Source: Minisyncoccota bacterium (lineage in GTDB: Bacteria > Patescibacteriota > Minisyncoccia > Phycocordibacterales > UBA918). From it: DNA of 64,000 nucleotides. Position 1 is the first letter of the stretch. Each line of letters starts with the position of its first letter. Both the position numbers and the translations under genes were made by a program. The notes under the pieces are model-generated. The model ran no database searches and was not told where the DNA came from. It saw only the letters and a list, made by a program, of their open reading frames with translations. The stretch lies in the NCBI GenBank assembly GCA_021734905.1, contig JAIPIB010000002.1, positions 38,167 to 102,166 of the forward strand. The letters run 5' to 3'. Below, one piece after another: positions 47,338 through 57,419 of this stretch.

Positions 47338-47946
47338 TCACCAAGGAATAGCAAATTTTTCAAATTCTGGTAACAACTTTTTATTGTAAAGGAGACGTGA
47401 AATTACTTCAGCGTGACAAAGTGCCCCCGTGAGTGCGTTGTGTGGTTCTGGCTCCTCCGGAATACCACAATAATTAAGTACCCCATTAAGGTTAAGTGCT
47501 GACCGTCGATGTTGTGGATCAATTGGTGGTTGTATTCCATGCGTTATCATATGCATATAGCAAAGTGTATGTGTATCTATTGTCCTATGAGCAAGATCCC
47601 ATGACAATCCTTCACGGAGTGCAGCAGCTCTCAAAAAATCACGGTCAAAAGACACATTTTGTCCTGCGAGCGTTCTATCCCCCATATGTTCTGACCATTC
47701 AAGAAACCTGCGCACCACTTCACCTTCTGGATTCTTTTGCGGATCATTGATTTCCTCTTCTGAGAAACCAGTGATCGCAAGTGAATCAGGCATTATATGA
47801 GAGCCACTCCAAATACGACACTCTTCATAAAAACGGTTCTCAGGATTATCTAGATCAAGAGCACCTATCGATACAATTGAATGCTTCTCGTATTCTGTTC
47901 CTGACGCTTCAATATCTACTACTAACATGTCAAAAGCATACCACAC
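47338..47946 (-). CDS. DEDDh 3'-5' exonuclease (DnaQ-like)
   Basis: Exo I VVDIEASG, Exo II FDRDFL, Exo III H..L.DA. Confidence 0.7.
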   Translation of the reverse strand: MWYAFDMLVVDIEASGTEYEKHSIVSIGALDLDNPENRFYEECRIWSGSHIMPDSLAITGFSEEEINDPQKNPEGEVVRRFLEWSEHMGDRTLAGQNVSFDRDFLRAAALREGLSWDLAHRTIDTHTLCYMHMITHGIQPPIDPQHRRSALNLNGVLNYCGIPEEPEPHNALTGALCHAEVISRLLYNKKLLPEFEKFAIPW

Positions 47947-47958
47947 AAGAACATCTAT

Positions 47959-48660
47959 ATGGAATACCCTTTAAATTTGGACTACAATGTTTACATGCAG
48001 ATTATTTTAGAAAAATCTTGGAAGAAGGCTTTTAAAAACGAATTTAATAAGCCATATTTTGAGAAACTCGCCAGCTCTGTAAGCGAAGCGTACTGTGGTG
48101 ATGAGTTGGTCTTCCCTCCAAAAGAATTAATTTTCAACGCACTCAATCTATGCCCACTTGATGATCTTAAAGTCGTCATACTTGGACAAGATCCGTATCA
48201 TGGTGCACACCAGGCACATGGACTCTGTTTTTCAGTTCAAGAAGGTACAAAGGTACCACCTTCGCTCCAAAACATCTACAAGGAGCTTCAGAATGACTTG
48301 GGAATACCTATACGTACGATTGGCGACCTGAGCTCGTGGGCAAGACAAGGAGCACTCCTTCTCAACGCTACACTCACCGTTCTCAATGGAAAACCAGGGT
48401 CACATCAAGGACTTGGTTGGGAACAGTTTACTAATGCCGTTATTAAAAAAATTTCCGACGAGAAAAAACACATAGTTTTTCTTCTCTGGGGAAAATATGC
48501 ACAGGATAAGGAAAAATTTATCAATGCACAAAAGCATCTTATACTCACAGCACCTCACCCATCCCCTTTCTCAGCATACACCGGTTTTTTTGGATGCAAA
48601 CATTTTAGTAAAGCAAACGAGTATCTCAAGAAACACGGCCGGCAACCTATTGAGTGGTAG
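47959..48660 (+). CDS. ung: uracil-DNA glycosylase (family 1)
   Basis: GQDPYHGAHQAHGLCFSV and HPSPFS motifs. Confidence 0.9.
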   Translation: MEYPLNLDYNVYMQIILEKSWKKAFKNEFNKPYFEKLASSVSEAYCGDELVFPPKELIFNALNLCPLDDLKVVILGQDPYHGAHQAHGLCFSVQEGTKVPPSLQNIYKELQNDLGIPIRTIGDLSSWARQGALLLNATLTVLNGKPGSHQGLGWEQFTNAVIKKISDEKKHIVFLLWGKYAQDKEKFINAQKHLILTAPHPSPFSAYTGFFGCKHFSKANEYLKKHGRQPIEW

Positions 48661-48758
48661 CTCTTACTATAATAGACACGATTAGAAAATCATTGTACTA
48701 TTGCATCCAGAATTTTGTACCGCCAATTTTGGCAAAACTTAATACAGGAGGAAGGTAC

Positions 48759-48860
48759 ATGAACCAATCTGACCAGCACTCTGTAGCACAGAGAAATCTT
48801 CAGCAACTGAGCGAGAACCTCGTACAAAAAGCCCTTGCGGAAACGCTTGGGCTTTTTTAA
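48759..48860 (+). CDS. 33-aa small ORF with strong RBS
   Basis: caggaggaagg SD 6 nt before the ATG. MNQSDQHSVAQRNLQQLSENLVQKALAETLGLF. Speculative. Confidence 0.25.
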   Translation: MNQSDQHSVAQRNLQQLSENLVQKALAETLGLF

Positions 48861-48863
48861 AGC

Positions 48864-49271
48864 TTATATTCCCTTACAGTTACTTGCGGGAGTATAACCA
48901 GCTTTTTCAGCCTCTTCCTTTGTTGCAAACCAGACTTTATTTTCTTCTTTGATTTGCTTTGCGCTTCCACACCATGGAAGGTGATACTTAGTACCACTCT
49001 TCGAAGCCACATAGCCCCCCTCAGACAAATTTGAGGTGTCTGTTTTCTGACTATTCGTGGCGCTGCTTCTGGGAATTGACTCCACTGTTTCAAGCATATC
49101 TGTCTGAGGCAATACACGAGCTGCATTTTGAGTACTTATAACATTCTCTGAAACTGAAAATCTCCCTAAAATAAAGGAGATTAAAGCTACGACAATGATA
49201 AGAACTGATAATACAAAATCGGCATTATTAAGCAGCCCCTTGAATTTTAACCATATTTCTTGTATACTCAT
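48864..49271 (-). CDS. membrane-anchored protein with C-terminal Cys-containing motif
   Basis: N-terminal TM. C-terminal KYHLPWCGSAKQIKEENKVWFATKEEAEKAGYTPASNC resembles the Ada-type/small zinc-ribbon-like YH..C....I...N..F.S.EEA..AGY.PC motif. Confidence 0.45.
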   Translation of the reverse strand: MSIQEIWLKFKGLLNNADFVLSVLIIVVALISFILGRFSVSENVISTQNAARVLPQTDMLETVESIPRSSATNSQKTDTSNLSEGGYVASKSGTKYHLPWCGSAKQIKEENKVWFATKEEAEKAGYTPASNCKGI

Positions 49272-49333
49272 TCCCGTTAATTATACATGAACTCACGCGG
49301 GCTGACCTGCTGAGCAATTAGGAATTAAGTCAT

Positions 49334-49612
49334 ATGTCAACTAAAAAAGCCGGAGGTAATGCAAAGAACCTGTCAGACTCAGCAGCAAAATACCTTGGTG
49401 TTAAGCGTGGGAATGGCCAAACTGTAAAAGTTGGGGAAGTAATTGTCCGACAAAGAGGAACAAGGATAGAAGCTGGTAAAAATGTACTTGTTGGTAAAGA
49501 CCATACTCTCTTTGCCGCAAAGGCTGGCAAAGTATCTTTCGGAAATATGCGAAAGATCAACTTCACTGGAAAAACTGTCGTAAAGAAGAAAGTTGGTATT
49601 GTAACTGCATAA
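49334..49612 (+). CDS. rpmA: 50S ribosomal protein L27
   Basis: [40 protein letters not shown] signature. Confidence 0.9.
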   Translation: MSTKKAGGNAKNLSDSAAKYLGVKRGNGQTVKVGEVIVRQRGTRIEAGKNVLVGKDHTLFAAKAGKVSFGNMRKINFTGKTVVKKKVGIVTA

Positions 49613-49627
49613 GTAATTGTGCGTCAC

Positions 49628-49664
49628 TCAAAAAAAAAACGAGGACTTAGTCCTCGTTTTTTTT
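49628..49664. terminator. bidirectional rho-independent terminator
   Basis: aaaaaaaaaa cgaggac tta gtcctcg tttttttt. Confidence 0.7.
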
Positions 49665-49687
49665 ATTTCGTAAAATTGCTAGAAAGA

Positions 49688-50431
49688 TTAACTCTGCGGA
49701 GCTTCAACAATTGTAATATTTTCTATAATGACCGGCTCTGTTGGAAGATTTGCTTGTCCTGTTTCAACATTCGAAATAGCATCTACGACATCCATACCTT
49801 TAGTTATTCTTCCAAAAACTGGATGTTTTGAACTATAAGGCTCCTTGTTAAAATCGAGTCCAGTATTATCGACTGTGTTAATGAAAAACTGACTTCCTCC
49901 AGAGTTCGGCTGTCCAGTATTTGCCATAGCTATAGTTCCCCGTACATTTGTCAGTAATTCTCCTTCCACAAATTCATCTGCAATGGTGTATCCTGGACCT
50001 CCTGAGCCGTACTTTGAAGTATCATCTTCCTTTGTATTTGGGTCACCAGCCTGAATCATAAACCCATCAATGACACGGTGAAATTTAATCCCGTCATAGA
50101 ATTTCTCCTCAGCAAGCTTTATAAAATTGGCTGTCGTAATTGGCATTACATTTTCAAAGAGTTCAATTTCAATAGTTCCAAGATTGGTCTTCATAAGTGC
50201 GATTTTATTCATAGAATTTGATATTTCTGGGTTAGTGATTTTTAATTCCTCAGGCGAAAGTGGCCCTTCCAGTTTCTCATCGGCACCAAGGAGGAGTTCC
50301 GGGGGTTGATTGTTTCTATCGATCCACCAACCGATACAAGCCAGGAGTACTACTGAAGCGATGAGGACAAATGCTATTTGCTTAATACTTGCCATAAATA
50401 TTATTATTTCTTGACTATTACTAAATGACAC
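49688..50431 (-). CDS. peptidyl-prolyl cis-trans isomerase (cyclophilin type) with N-terminal TM anchor
   Basis: GGSQFFINTVDNTGLD and HPVFGRITKGMDVVD cyclophilin motifs. Confidence 0.85.
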   Translation of the reverse strand: MSFSNSQEIIIFMASIKQIAFVLIASVVLLACIGWWIDRNNQPPELLLGADEKLEGPLSPEELKITNPEISNSMNKIALMKTNLGTIEIELFENVMPITTANFIKLAEEKFYDGIKFHRVIDGFMIQAGDPNTKEDDTSKYGSGGPGYTIADEFVEGELLTNVRGTIAMANTGQPNSGGSQFFINTVDNTGLDFNKEPYSSKHPVFGRITKGMDVVDAISNVETGQANLPTEPVIIENITIVEAPQS

Positions 50432-50844
50432 ACTCCTTGGATCTTTCCAAACACTAAAGGAATATCGTGTTGTCCAATTTCCTTGATTGGGTGTTCAAGT
50501 TGAATCTGAGTCTTCGTAACTTGATGTCCTATTTCTTGTAGATACGTAGCGATATTTTCTGCACTAACTCCCTTAAAGAGATGTCCTTGATCATTTGCTT
50601 CAATCTTATACTCAACAAGTTTTTCTCTTAATGCAGAGACAGTCTCCTCGAATGCTTGTTCATTATTATGTTTGAGTTCATTTTGTTTAAGGACGACTTG
50701 TGAGAGTCGCTTCATGTTCTCTGGGGTTGCAATGACCGCAAGTTTTCGTGGAATAAGAAAGTTAAGTGCGTGACCGCTTGGCACTTCCTTTACTTCAGAT
50801 CTTTTCCCCAATCGCGCCACATCCTTTGTAAGAATTACTTTCAT
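50404..50844 (-). CDS. rplI: 50S ribosomal protein L9
   Basis: MKVILTKDVARLGKRSEVKEV.SGHALNFLIPRKLA signature. Confidence 0.85.
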   Translation of the reverse strand: MKVILTKDVARLGKRSEVKEVPSGHALNFLIPRKLAVIATPENMKRLSQVVLKQNELKHNNEQAFEETVSALREKLVEYKIEANDQGHLFKGVSAENIATYLQEIGHQVTKTQIQLEHPIKEIGQHDIPLVFGKIQGVCHLVIVKK

Positions 50845-50929
50845 TTTAAATTATATAGCTTCTTATATACTAGTTGAGACAACATCATAACAGATTCAAG
50901 AGATGATTCAAATCATTCAATATTGTGCA

Positions 50930-51140
50930 CTGTTCAGAAGAATTATAGTCCTTACAGGACCTGTCCACTCATTGGGCCTTTTTGTTTAAAAAGCCCTCAA
51001 TGAGTCTTGCGAGACTCAAGGTATTCGTCTCTCACGCTACGCTTCTGCTATTGTTTTTGAGAACGTTCGACCGTCTGCATCGGCTGTTTCCATTATGAAT
51101 AGGAAACATCGATGGAAGAAGAATTATAGTCGTACGCTTC
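50930..51140. repeat. about 20-bp direct repeats flanking a hairpin-rich spacer
   Basis: agaagaattatagtccttac (50935-50954) and gaagaagaattatagtcgtac (51118-51138), separated by about 165 bp containing two palindromes (ctcattgggc...gccctcaatgag, gagtcttgcgagactc). Confidence 0.4.
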
Positions 51141-52451
51141 TTAATTCTTCTTCATAAACTCGAGAGCAGCATCCATTTGTGGGTCAATATTTGCTGTTCT
51201 ATCATCAGCAGTTCTTTCAACAACAATATCAGGTGTCAAACCTCCTGCAGATATAGACAAACCATTTGGAGTAAGCCATCTTGCAATCGTTATCTTAAGA
51301 GATGAACCATCATCAAGCTTCACCAACTCCTGAACTGAACCCTTACCAAAGGTTTGTGCACCAATAATAGTTGCCACCCCGTGTTCCTTAAGGGCACCAG
51401 CAAGAATTTCTGATGCAGAGGCTGAACCACCATCAACAAGAACAATGAATTTTTTTGGTGTAAAAAATCCAAGGTTTTTTCCGGAACTTCGATAAACTTC
51501 TTCTTTGATATCATCCCCAAAACTCTCACGTACAACAGTCTTGCCGAGTGGTAAAAAATAACTCGCAATTCCAACAGCACTTTGGAGATATCCTCCCGGA
51601 TTACCGCGAAGATCAAAAATTAATTTTTTCTTTTTACTTTTTACAAATTCACGGAGAGCGTTTTGCATTTCAAGTTCCGATATAGCATTGAAACTATACA
51701 GAGAAATAATAAATACATCATCCTTTATTTCGGTCTTACTTGTCGGAATCGTAATCGTGTCCCGAATTACTGAAATAGTCAAAAATTCATCCTCCTCCGC
51801 TCGGAGTATTGTGAATGTTACTTCTGTCCCTCGCTCCCCTCGAATAAGTAGCACGGCTTCGTCGATATTCATTCCCTCTGCAGATTTATCATTAATTTTA
51901 AGGATACTATCCCCCGCCATAAGACCTGCATTTTCAGCTGGACTCTCTGGCAGTGGAGCTATAACAGTAACCAGATTATCTCGAATGCCAACCTCCATTC
52001 CTACTCCACTAAAATTACCACTGATATCTTCCTCAAACATTGAAGCTTGACTTGGAGGCATGTAAACGGTGTACGGATCGCCGTATGATTTTACAAGGCC
52101 GCTTATAGCACCCTCTAACTTTTTCCGTGTATCTATCTGTTCAGTTGTTGAAGACTGAACAAATTTTTGATCAAGTGTGTTCCAGACCCTCCAAAATTCA
52201 GTAAGGTCAATTGTATCATCAGCTTTTGCTTGTCTGTCAAAAAAAGAAAAAACGTTTGCTTCTAGGTTTGTGTTTCCGCCCAAATGCAAACCAGAAAAAA
52301 ATGTCGCCACCGCAAGGAGTACTGAAAGGCCAACACTAAGAAGTGGTAACGATTTCCTCTCGATTATCTCCTCCGTTGTCTCTGTCACAGTGAAAACATC
52401 ATCCTGAATTACAGATGGCTCAAGCGTAGTTACTTCCCTATTATCATTCAT
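51141..52451 (-). CDS. carboxyl-terminal processing protease (S41, CtpA-like)
   Basis: GNPGGYL and DGGSASASEILAGAL S41 motifs, with a PDZ region. The start is set at the internal ATG (MNDNREVTT..., TM anchor) because the first 98 aa of the track ORF look non-protein-like. Coordinate is +/-1. Confidence 0.78.
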   Translation of the reverse strand: MNDNREVTTLEPSVIQDDVFTVTETTEEIIERKSLPLLSVGLSVLLAVATFFSGLHLGGNTNLEANVFSFFDRQAKADDTIDLTEFWRVWNTLDQKFVQSSTTEQIDTRKKLEGAISGLVKSYGDPYTVYMPPSQASMFEEDISGNFSGVGMEVGIRDNLVTVIAPLPESPAENAGLMAGDSILKINDKSAEGMNIDEAVLLIRGERGTEVTFTILRAEEDEFLTISVIRDTITIPTSKTEIKDDVFIISLYSFNAISELEMQNALREFVKSKKKKLIFDLRGNPGGYLQSAVGIASYFLPLGKTVVRESFGDDIKEEVYRSSGKNLGFFTPKKFIVLVDGGSASASEILAGALKEHGVATIIGAQTFGKGSVQELVKLDDGSSLKITIARWLTPNGLSISAGGLTPDIVVERTADDRTANIDPQMDAALEFMKKN

Positions 52452-52533
52452 ATGTAATGAGATTATCTCATACTCTGCCCTACTTATACAAAAAATAACT
52501 TTTATATGGCACACCTTATGATAAAATATCCCT

Positions 52534-53445
52534 ATGATTGAACGTTTTACACAGAATAAAATTCGCTGGATAAATCTCAAAACACCAACTCCTGCTGAAA
52601 TAAAAAAGGCCATGACTGAGCTAGATATCCCGTTTATACTCATGAATGACCTCATGACGCCAGTTCCTAAAAATAGTGCTGTTGTCGTTGATTCAGTTAT
52701 TAAAATTACACTTGATTTCCCCGTTGTTAAACGTATTGATACCAATCATGCACATGAAGTTAAATACATCATTTCAAAACGGAGCCTTTTGACTGTCCAA
52801 TACGAAGAAATGGAAGCTATAGATAGATTTAAACGTCAATTTGAAGTTTCTGCGACACTCCGAAAATCGCAAAAGGGACTCACTGGGGCCCACCTCTTTA
52901 TTTCTTTAATAAATAATTTTTACGATAGTGCATCGGCAAAACTTGATTATATTGAAACAAAATTATCTGACATTGAAACAGACATCTTTAATAACAACGA
53001 AAAACAAATGGTGATAGAAATCTCAGAAGTAAGTAAAAGACTTATTCGTTTTCGACATGTTATGGGAAGTCATGCAGAAATCTTTGATGACGCAACACTT
53101 TTTTTAAACACTGTGTACAAAAATATTTTTGCGAAAGATTTGCAAGACATCCAGGGTCATAGCCTTCTTCTTACACATCGAACAAACACGCTTTTTGACA
53201 CACTTACCGCGTTACGAGAAACAAACATCGCAATGCTCAACACACGACAAAACGAAATCATAAAAAACCTCACACTGATGGCATTTATTACCTTCCCACT
53301 CAGTCTTCTCAGCTCAATGTTTGGAATGAATACCGAAACAACTCCAATAATCGGCACATATGGTGATTTTTGGGTTATTGTTGGAATTATGCTTCTCGGC
53401 GTTGTCGGTTTCTTTATCTTCTTTAAACGTAAAGGATGGCTATAG
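52534..53445 (+). CDS. CorA-family Mg2+/Co2+ transporter
   Basis: C-terminal two TM helices with GMN motif (SMFGMNTETT). Confidence 0.8.
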   Translation: MIERFTQNKIRWINLKTPTPAEIKKAMTELDIPFILMNDLMTPVPKNSAVVVDSVIKITLDFPVVKRIDTNHAHEVKYIISKRSLLTVQYEEMEAIDRFKRQFEVSATLRKSQKGLTGAHLFISLINNFYDSASAKLDYIETKLSDIETDIFNNNEKQMVIEISEVSKRLIRFRHVMGSHAEIFDDATLFLNTVYKNIFAKDLQDIQGHSLLLTHRTNTLFDTLTALRETNIAMLNTRQNEIIKNLTLMAFITFPLSLLSSMFGMNTETTPIIGTYGDFWVIVGIMLLGVVGFFIFFKRKGWL

Positions 53446-53523
53446 TAGTAACTTTTCAATGTAATTAGTGATCCTCTTTGAATTTGATACACTGTAGAGT
53501 ACCAATTAACGACGAAGTAATTC

Positions 53524-54987
53524 ATGAAATTTTTTAATTTTTTTACAAAGAGTGTAGCAACAAGTACCGTAGACTTACCTATATTTTTCTACAATTCTGC
53601 AACAAGTTCAAAAGAGGAATTTAAATCCTTGAAGCCAAAAACTGTCTTGCTCTATACCTGTGGTCCAACTGTCTACGATCATATCCATATCGGAAATCTT
53701 CGTTCATTTCTCCTTGCTGATTTAATTAAGCGCGTCTGTCTATACAACGGATACACTGTTAAGCATGTCATGAATTTTACTGATTTTGGACACCTCACCG
53801 ACGATGGCGATGGTGGCGAAGATAAGATGATGAATGCCCTGAAACGTGACGGAAAGACAATCTCGCTCTCCTCTATGCGTGAAGTGGCAGAAATTTACAT
53901 GCAATCTTTCAAAGATGACAATGAGGTATTCAGGAATATTGCTCCCACTCTCTATACACCAGCAAGTGACTATGTGAAGGAGCAGATTCGTCTCATTCAA
54001 ACTCTTGTTGAAAAAGGCTACGCATACGAAACATCTGATGGCGTTTATTATGATATTTCAAAGTTTCCAAAATATGGAGTACTTGGGAATATTAATGTCG
54101 CACAGATGCAAAGCGGAGTCCGTGTTGCAATAAACCCAAAAAAGAGAAACCCTGCTGATTTTGCTCTCTGGAAAAAGGCTCTCCTCGGATGGGAAAGTGC
54201 ATGGGGTAAAGGCTTTCCTGGCTGGCACATCGAATGTACAGCAATGGTTTTTGCCACGCTTGGCAAGCAAATTGACATCCATACCGGTGGCGAAGATTTG
54301 AAGTATACCCACCACAACGGTGAGATTGCTCAAGCAGAGGCAGTGACCGGAAAAAAGTACGTTTCCTATTGGCTTCATAATGCGCACATCAAAATTAATG
54401 ACACAAAAATTGCGAAGTCTCTGGGTAACGGTATACAGCTCTCAAATCTTGTTGACGAAGGTTACTCGCCTTTGGTTTACCGGTACTGGCTTCTCACTGG
54501 ACATTACCGAACAACGATGAACTTTACCTTTGAAGCACTCGATGGTTCAAAGCAGGCACTTTTTAAGTTGAAGCGATTTGTCTTTGAGGAATGTAAAAAT
54601 GTTGTAGGAACAATACATGAAGGATACCGAGTAAAATTTCATACAGCAATAAATGATGACCTCGACACTGCTCGTGGAATTGCACTCATGTGGGAAATTG
54701 TTAAAGATGACTCACTTTCAAAGCCCGATAAGGTGGCAACCTTAAAAGAAATAGACTCTGTTTTCGATCTTGGACTTAACGATGATACCAGTGATATAAT
54801 ACGAGAATTAGGAATTGTTGGTGAGAATGTAATTCCAGCTGATATTCAAGAATTACTTGAAAAAAGAATGCTGGCTCGAACCACATACAATTGGTCTGAG
54901 GCAGACCTCCTCCGTGACGAGATCAATCTAAAAGGATACGCTATTGAAGACACCCCGACTGGACAAAAGATTTCAAAATCAGTATAA
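53524..54987 (+). CDS. cysS: cysteinyl-tRNA synthetase
   Basis: CGPTVYDHIHIGNLRSF (HIGH) and KIAKSLGN (KMSKS) motifs. Zn-binding Cys/His. Confidence 0.9.
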   Translation: MKFFNFFTKSVATSTVDLPIFFYNSATSSKEEFKSLKPKTVLLYTCGPTVYDHIHIGNLRSFLLADLIKRVCLYNGYTVKHVMNFTDFGHLTDDGDGGEDKMMNALKRDGKTISLSSMREVAEIYMQSFKDDNEVFRNIAPTLYTPASDYVKEQIRLIQTLVEKGYAYETSDGVYYDISKFPKYGVLGNINVAQMQSGVRVAINPKKRNPADFALWKKALLGWESAWGKGFPGWHIECTAMVFATLGKQIDIHTGGEDLKYTHHNGEIAQAEAVTGKKYVSYWLHNAHIKINDTKIAKSLGNGIQLSNLVDEGYSPLVYRYWLLTGHYRTTMNFTFEALDGSKQALFKLKRFVFEECKNVVGTIHEGYRVKFHTAINDDLDTARGIALMWEIVKDDSLSKPDKVATLKEIDSVFDLGLNDDTSDIIRELGIVGENVIPADIQELLEKRMLARTTYNWSEADLLRDEINLKGYAIEDTPTGQKISKSV

Positions 54988-55012
54988 CCACTCTTCTTAC
55001 TGAGGAAGGTCA

Positions 55013-55056
55013 TAAACCCTTTCAGTAGAGCCGCAGGCTCTACTGAAAGGGTTTAT
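55013..55056. terminator. 21-bp perfect hairpin after cysS
   Basis: ataaaccctttcagtagagcc gca ggctctactgaaagggtttat. No T-run. Confidence 0.45.
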
Positions 55057-55150
55057 AGATAGCTTCTCTACTCGATAGTATTTGTCCCCTTGTAATCCAC
55101 AAAATCCATGAATTTAGAGCTTCCAATATTCATGATACAATGCTCGCACT

Positions 55151-56548
55151 ATGGAAGAATTTGTACAGGAATCAAAAGGGACAAAAAGTCGCCTTTTACG
55201 AAATCCTCCGCAAAATCTTGACGCTGAACGCGCACTCATCGGAGCAATTATCCTTAAGTCAGAGGCAATGCATGATGTCTCAGTGACTGTATACCCTGAA
55301 TCATTCTATGCTGATAAGCATCGTGAAATTTATCGAGCGATCCTTGATATCTTCATGCAAGGAGATCCTATCGACATTCTTACACTCACAACAAAATTAA
55401 AAAGTCGAAGTCTTTTAGATCGAGTTGGAGGAGCTGGTTACATTACTGAACTTGTTGAGTCTGTGCCTGCGGCAAGTAATGCAATTTACTATGCCGAGCT
55501 AGTACAGAACAAATCAATTCTTCGTGGCCTTATTAATGCTGCAGACGATATCGCCGAAATTGGATACTCGGATCCAGAAAATATCGATGAAGCAATGGAC
55601 ACTGCAGAAAAGAAAGTCTATCAAGTCACCAATGCACCGACAACACAAAAGTTTACACCTATTGGTAGTTCACTTACCGAAGCATGGGATCGATTTGAAA
55701 AACTAAATTCATCGACAGACATCCACCGAGGAATTCCAACAGGATTTGCATCACTTGATAATCTTCTTGCCGGACTACAAAAATCTGACCTTATTATTCT
55801 TGCAGCAAGGCCGAGTATGGGTAAAACGACCTTCGCACTCGATATTGCTCGCAACGCAGCATGTATTTCTGGGGCGTCAGTCGGTATTTTCTCTCTTGAA
55901 ATGAGTGATCAGCAACTTGTTGATCGCATGCTCGCAGCAGAAGCTGGAGTTGATTCATGGAAGCTTCGTACCGGAAAACTTACAACTGACCAGGAATTTG
56001 AAGCTGTCCAAGCCGCTATGGGTAGGCTCTCTGAAGCCCCTATCCATATTGATGACCAACCTGGAAACAATATTCTTAAGATGAGATCTTCAGCAAGGCG
56101 TCTCAAGAATGAACACGGGCTTGATCTCCTTATCGTTGATTACCTCCAACTCATGAGTCCAACGTCTGCTCGTAATAGTGATTCAATGGTACAGCAAGTG
56201 ACTGAAATTTCTCGATCTCTCAAAATTCTTGCGCGCGAGCTTGATGTGCCCGTCGTTGCACTTTCTCAACTTTCTCGAGCTGTTGAGCAACGTGGTGGAA
56301 AACCACGACTCTCAGACCTCCGCGACTCTGGATCCATCGAGCAAGATGCTGACGTCGTTATGTTTATTCACCGTGAGGATAAAATCAACAAGGAATCTGA
56401 CAGGCCAAACGTTGCTGAAATTCTCGTTGAAAAACACCGTAATGGTCCTGTGGGAAGTGCTGAACTCTTCTTTGACTCAAAACATGTTCGTTTTATAAGC
56501 CTTGATACCCACCACACCGTTGGTGCTGGTGGTGGTGATGATTTCTAA
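55151..56548 (+). CDS. dnaB: replicative DNA helicase
   Basis: Walker A ARPSMGKTTFALDIA, DnaB N-domain, and H1-H4 motifs. Confidence 0.9.
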   Translation: MEEFVQESKGTKSRLLRNPPQNLDAERALIGAIILKSEAMHDVSVTVYPESFYADKHREIYRAILDIFMQGDPIDILTLTTKLKSRSLLDRVGGAGYITELVESVPAASNAIYYAELVQNKSILRGLINAADDIAEIGYSDPENIDEAMDTAEKKVYQVTNAPTTQKFTPIGSSLTEAWDRFEKLNSSTDIHRGIPTGFASLDNLLAGLQKSDLIILAARPSMGKTTFALDIARNAACISGASVGIFSLEMSDQQLVDRMLAAEAGVDSWKLRTGKLTTDQEFEAVQAAMGRLSEAPIHIDDQPGNNILKMRSSARRLKNEHGLDLLIVDYLQLMSPTSARNSDSMVQQVTEISRSLKILARELDVPVVALSQLSRAVEQRGGKPRLSDLRDSGSIEQDADVVMFIHREDKINKESDRPNVAEILVEKHRNGPVGSAELFFDSKHVRFISLDTHHTVGAGGGDDF

Positions 56549-56553
56549 ACTCT

Positions 56554-57168
56554 ATGACCTCGTTTGACAAACTAATCAAATATTTTGAGCGCTTTCCTGG
56601 AATTGGTGCCCGACAAGCAAAACGCTTTGCATTTCATATCCTGACTCTTGAAGAACCTGATGTCGTTGAGCTTGCAGAACTAATACGCACAATCAATACA
56701 AGTGTAGCGACGTGCCCTTCCTGCTACAGGTTTCATTCTATCTACAACGACGTGCTTCATTGTCAAATTTGTAGAAATGAATCACGAGATCGCTCTAAAC
56801 TTACCATTGTGGAACGCGACACCGATATCGACGCCATAGAGCGAAGCGGTACTTATAATGGGTTGTATTTTGTCCTTGGAGGGATGGTGCCGCTTCTCGA
56901 CTCACACGATATAAAGAAACTACGTGGTGGCACACTTAAACATCTCGTGGCTGAACGAGCAGAGCAGGATCTTGCAGAAATAATTCTCGGATTCTCAATA
57001 AATCCTGATGGTGAGAATACCGGCAGATACATAGAGATGCTCCTCAAAGACACGACAACAAAGCACGCAATAACTATTACTCACCTTGGCCGTGGTCTCT
57101 CGACGGGATCTGAACTTGAATATGCTGACTCTGAAACAATTAAAAATGCTTTTATTAATAGAAGCTGA
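56554..57168 (+). CDS. recR: recombination protein RecR
   Basis: HhH (FPGIGARQAKRFAFHIL), C4 zinc finger (CPSCYRF...CQICRN) and Toprim domain. TGA stop. Confidence 0.9.
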   Translation: MTSFDKLIKYFERFPGIGARQAKRFAFHILTLEEPDVVELAELIRTINTSVATCPSCYRFHSIYNDVLHCQICRNESRDRSKLTIVERDTDIDAIERSGTYNGLYFVLGGMVPLLDSHDIKKLRGGTLKHLVAERAEQDLAEIILGFSINPDGENTGRYIEMLLKDTTTKHAITITHLGRGLSTGSELEYADSETIKNAFINRS

Positions 57169-57370
57169 TAAACAAAAAAACCCGCACGCCGTAGCTGCAG
57201 GCCCCACAAAAACATGAGTTGGTGTATGTGCAATAAATGCCTAGCATGAGTTAGTCGGCCAAGACCCAGACAACACCCTAAACCGCGAATTGACCCCCAT
57301 GACAAATGACACTTGTGCCACAGACATTCTCAGTAAAATATACTCAGAAACTTTAAAAGTCAATCAATCA

Positions 57371-57408
57371 AAGCATAGAAAAAAACACCATGCTTGCTGC
57401 ATGATGTT
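57371..57408. terminator. bidirectional terminator downstream of rplU
   Basis: aaaaaaacaccatgcttgc tgcatgatgttttttt, with A-run and T-run flanks. Confidence 0.5.
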
Positions 57409-57419
57409 TTTTTGTGAAG

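Noticed and set aside
52436-52451. When hand-translating the ctpA N-terminus I obtained an apparent in-frame stop (gat ata ggg aag taa) near 52438-52446
   Set aside because: The ORF track reads through this region and downstream frame checks (e.g. YMPP codons at 52059-52061) are consistent. This is most likely my own 1-nt transcription slip at a homopolymer. I flagged it only as a +/-1 coordinate uncertainty.
57175-57340. GC-richer 170-bp spacer after recR considered as a possible small RNA (tmRNA/SRP/6S) or tRNA
   Set aside because: None of the diagnostic motifs (tmRNA tag-reading frame and 3' CCA arm, SRP GGAAGCAGCCA domain IV, tRNA T-loop GTTCGAATC) could be found. Left uncalled.
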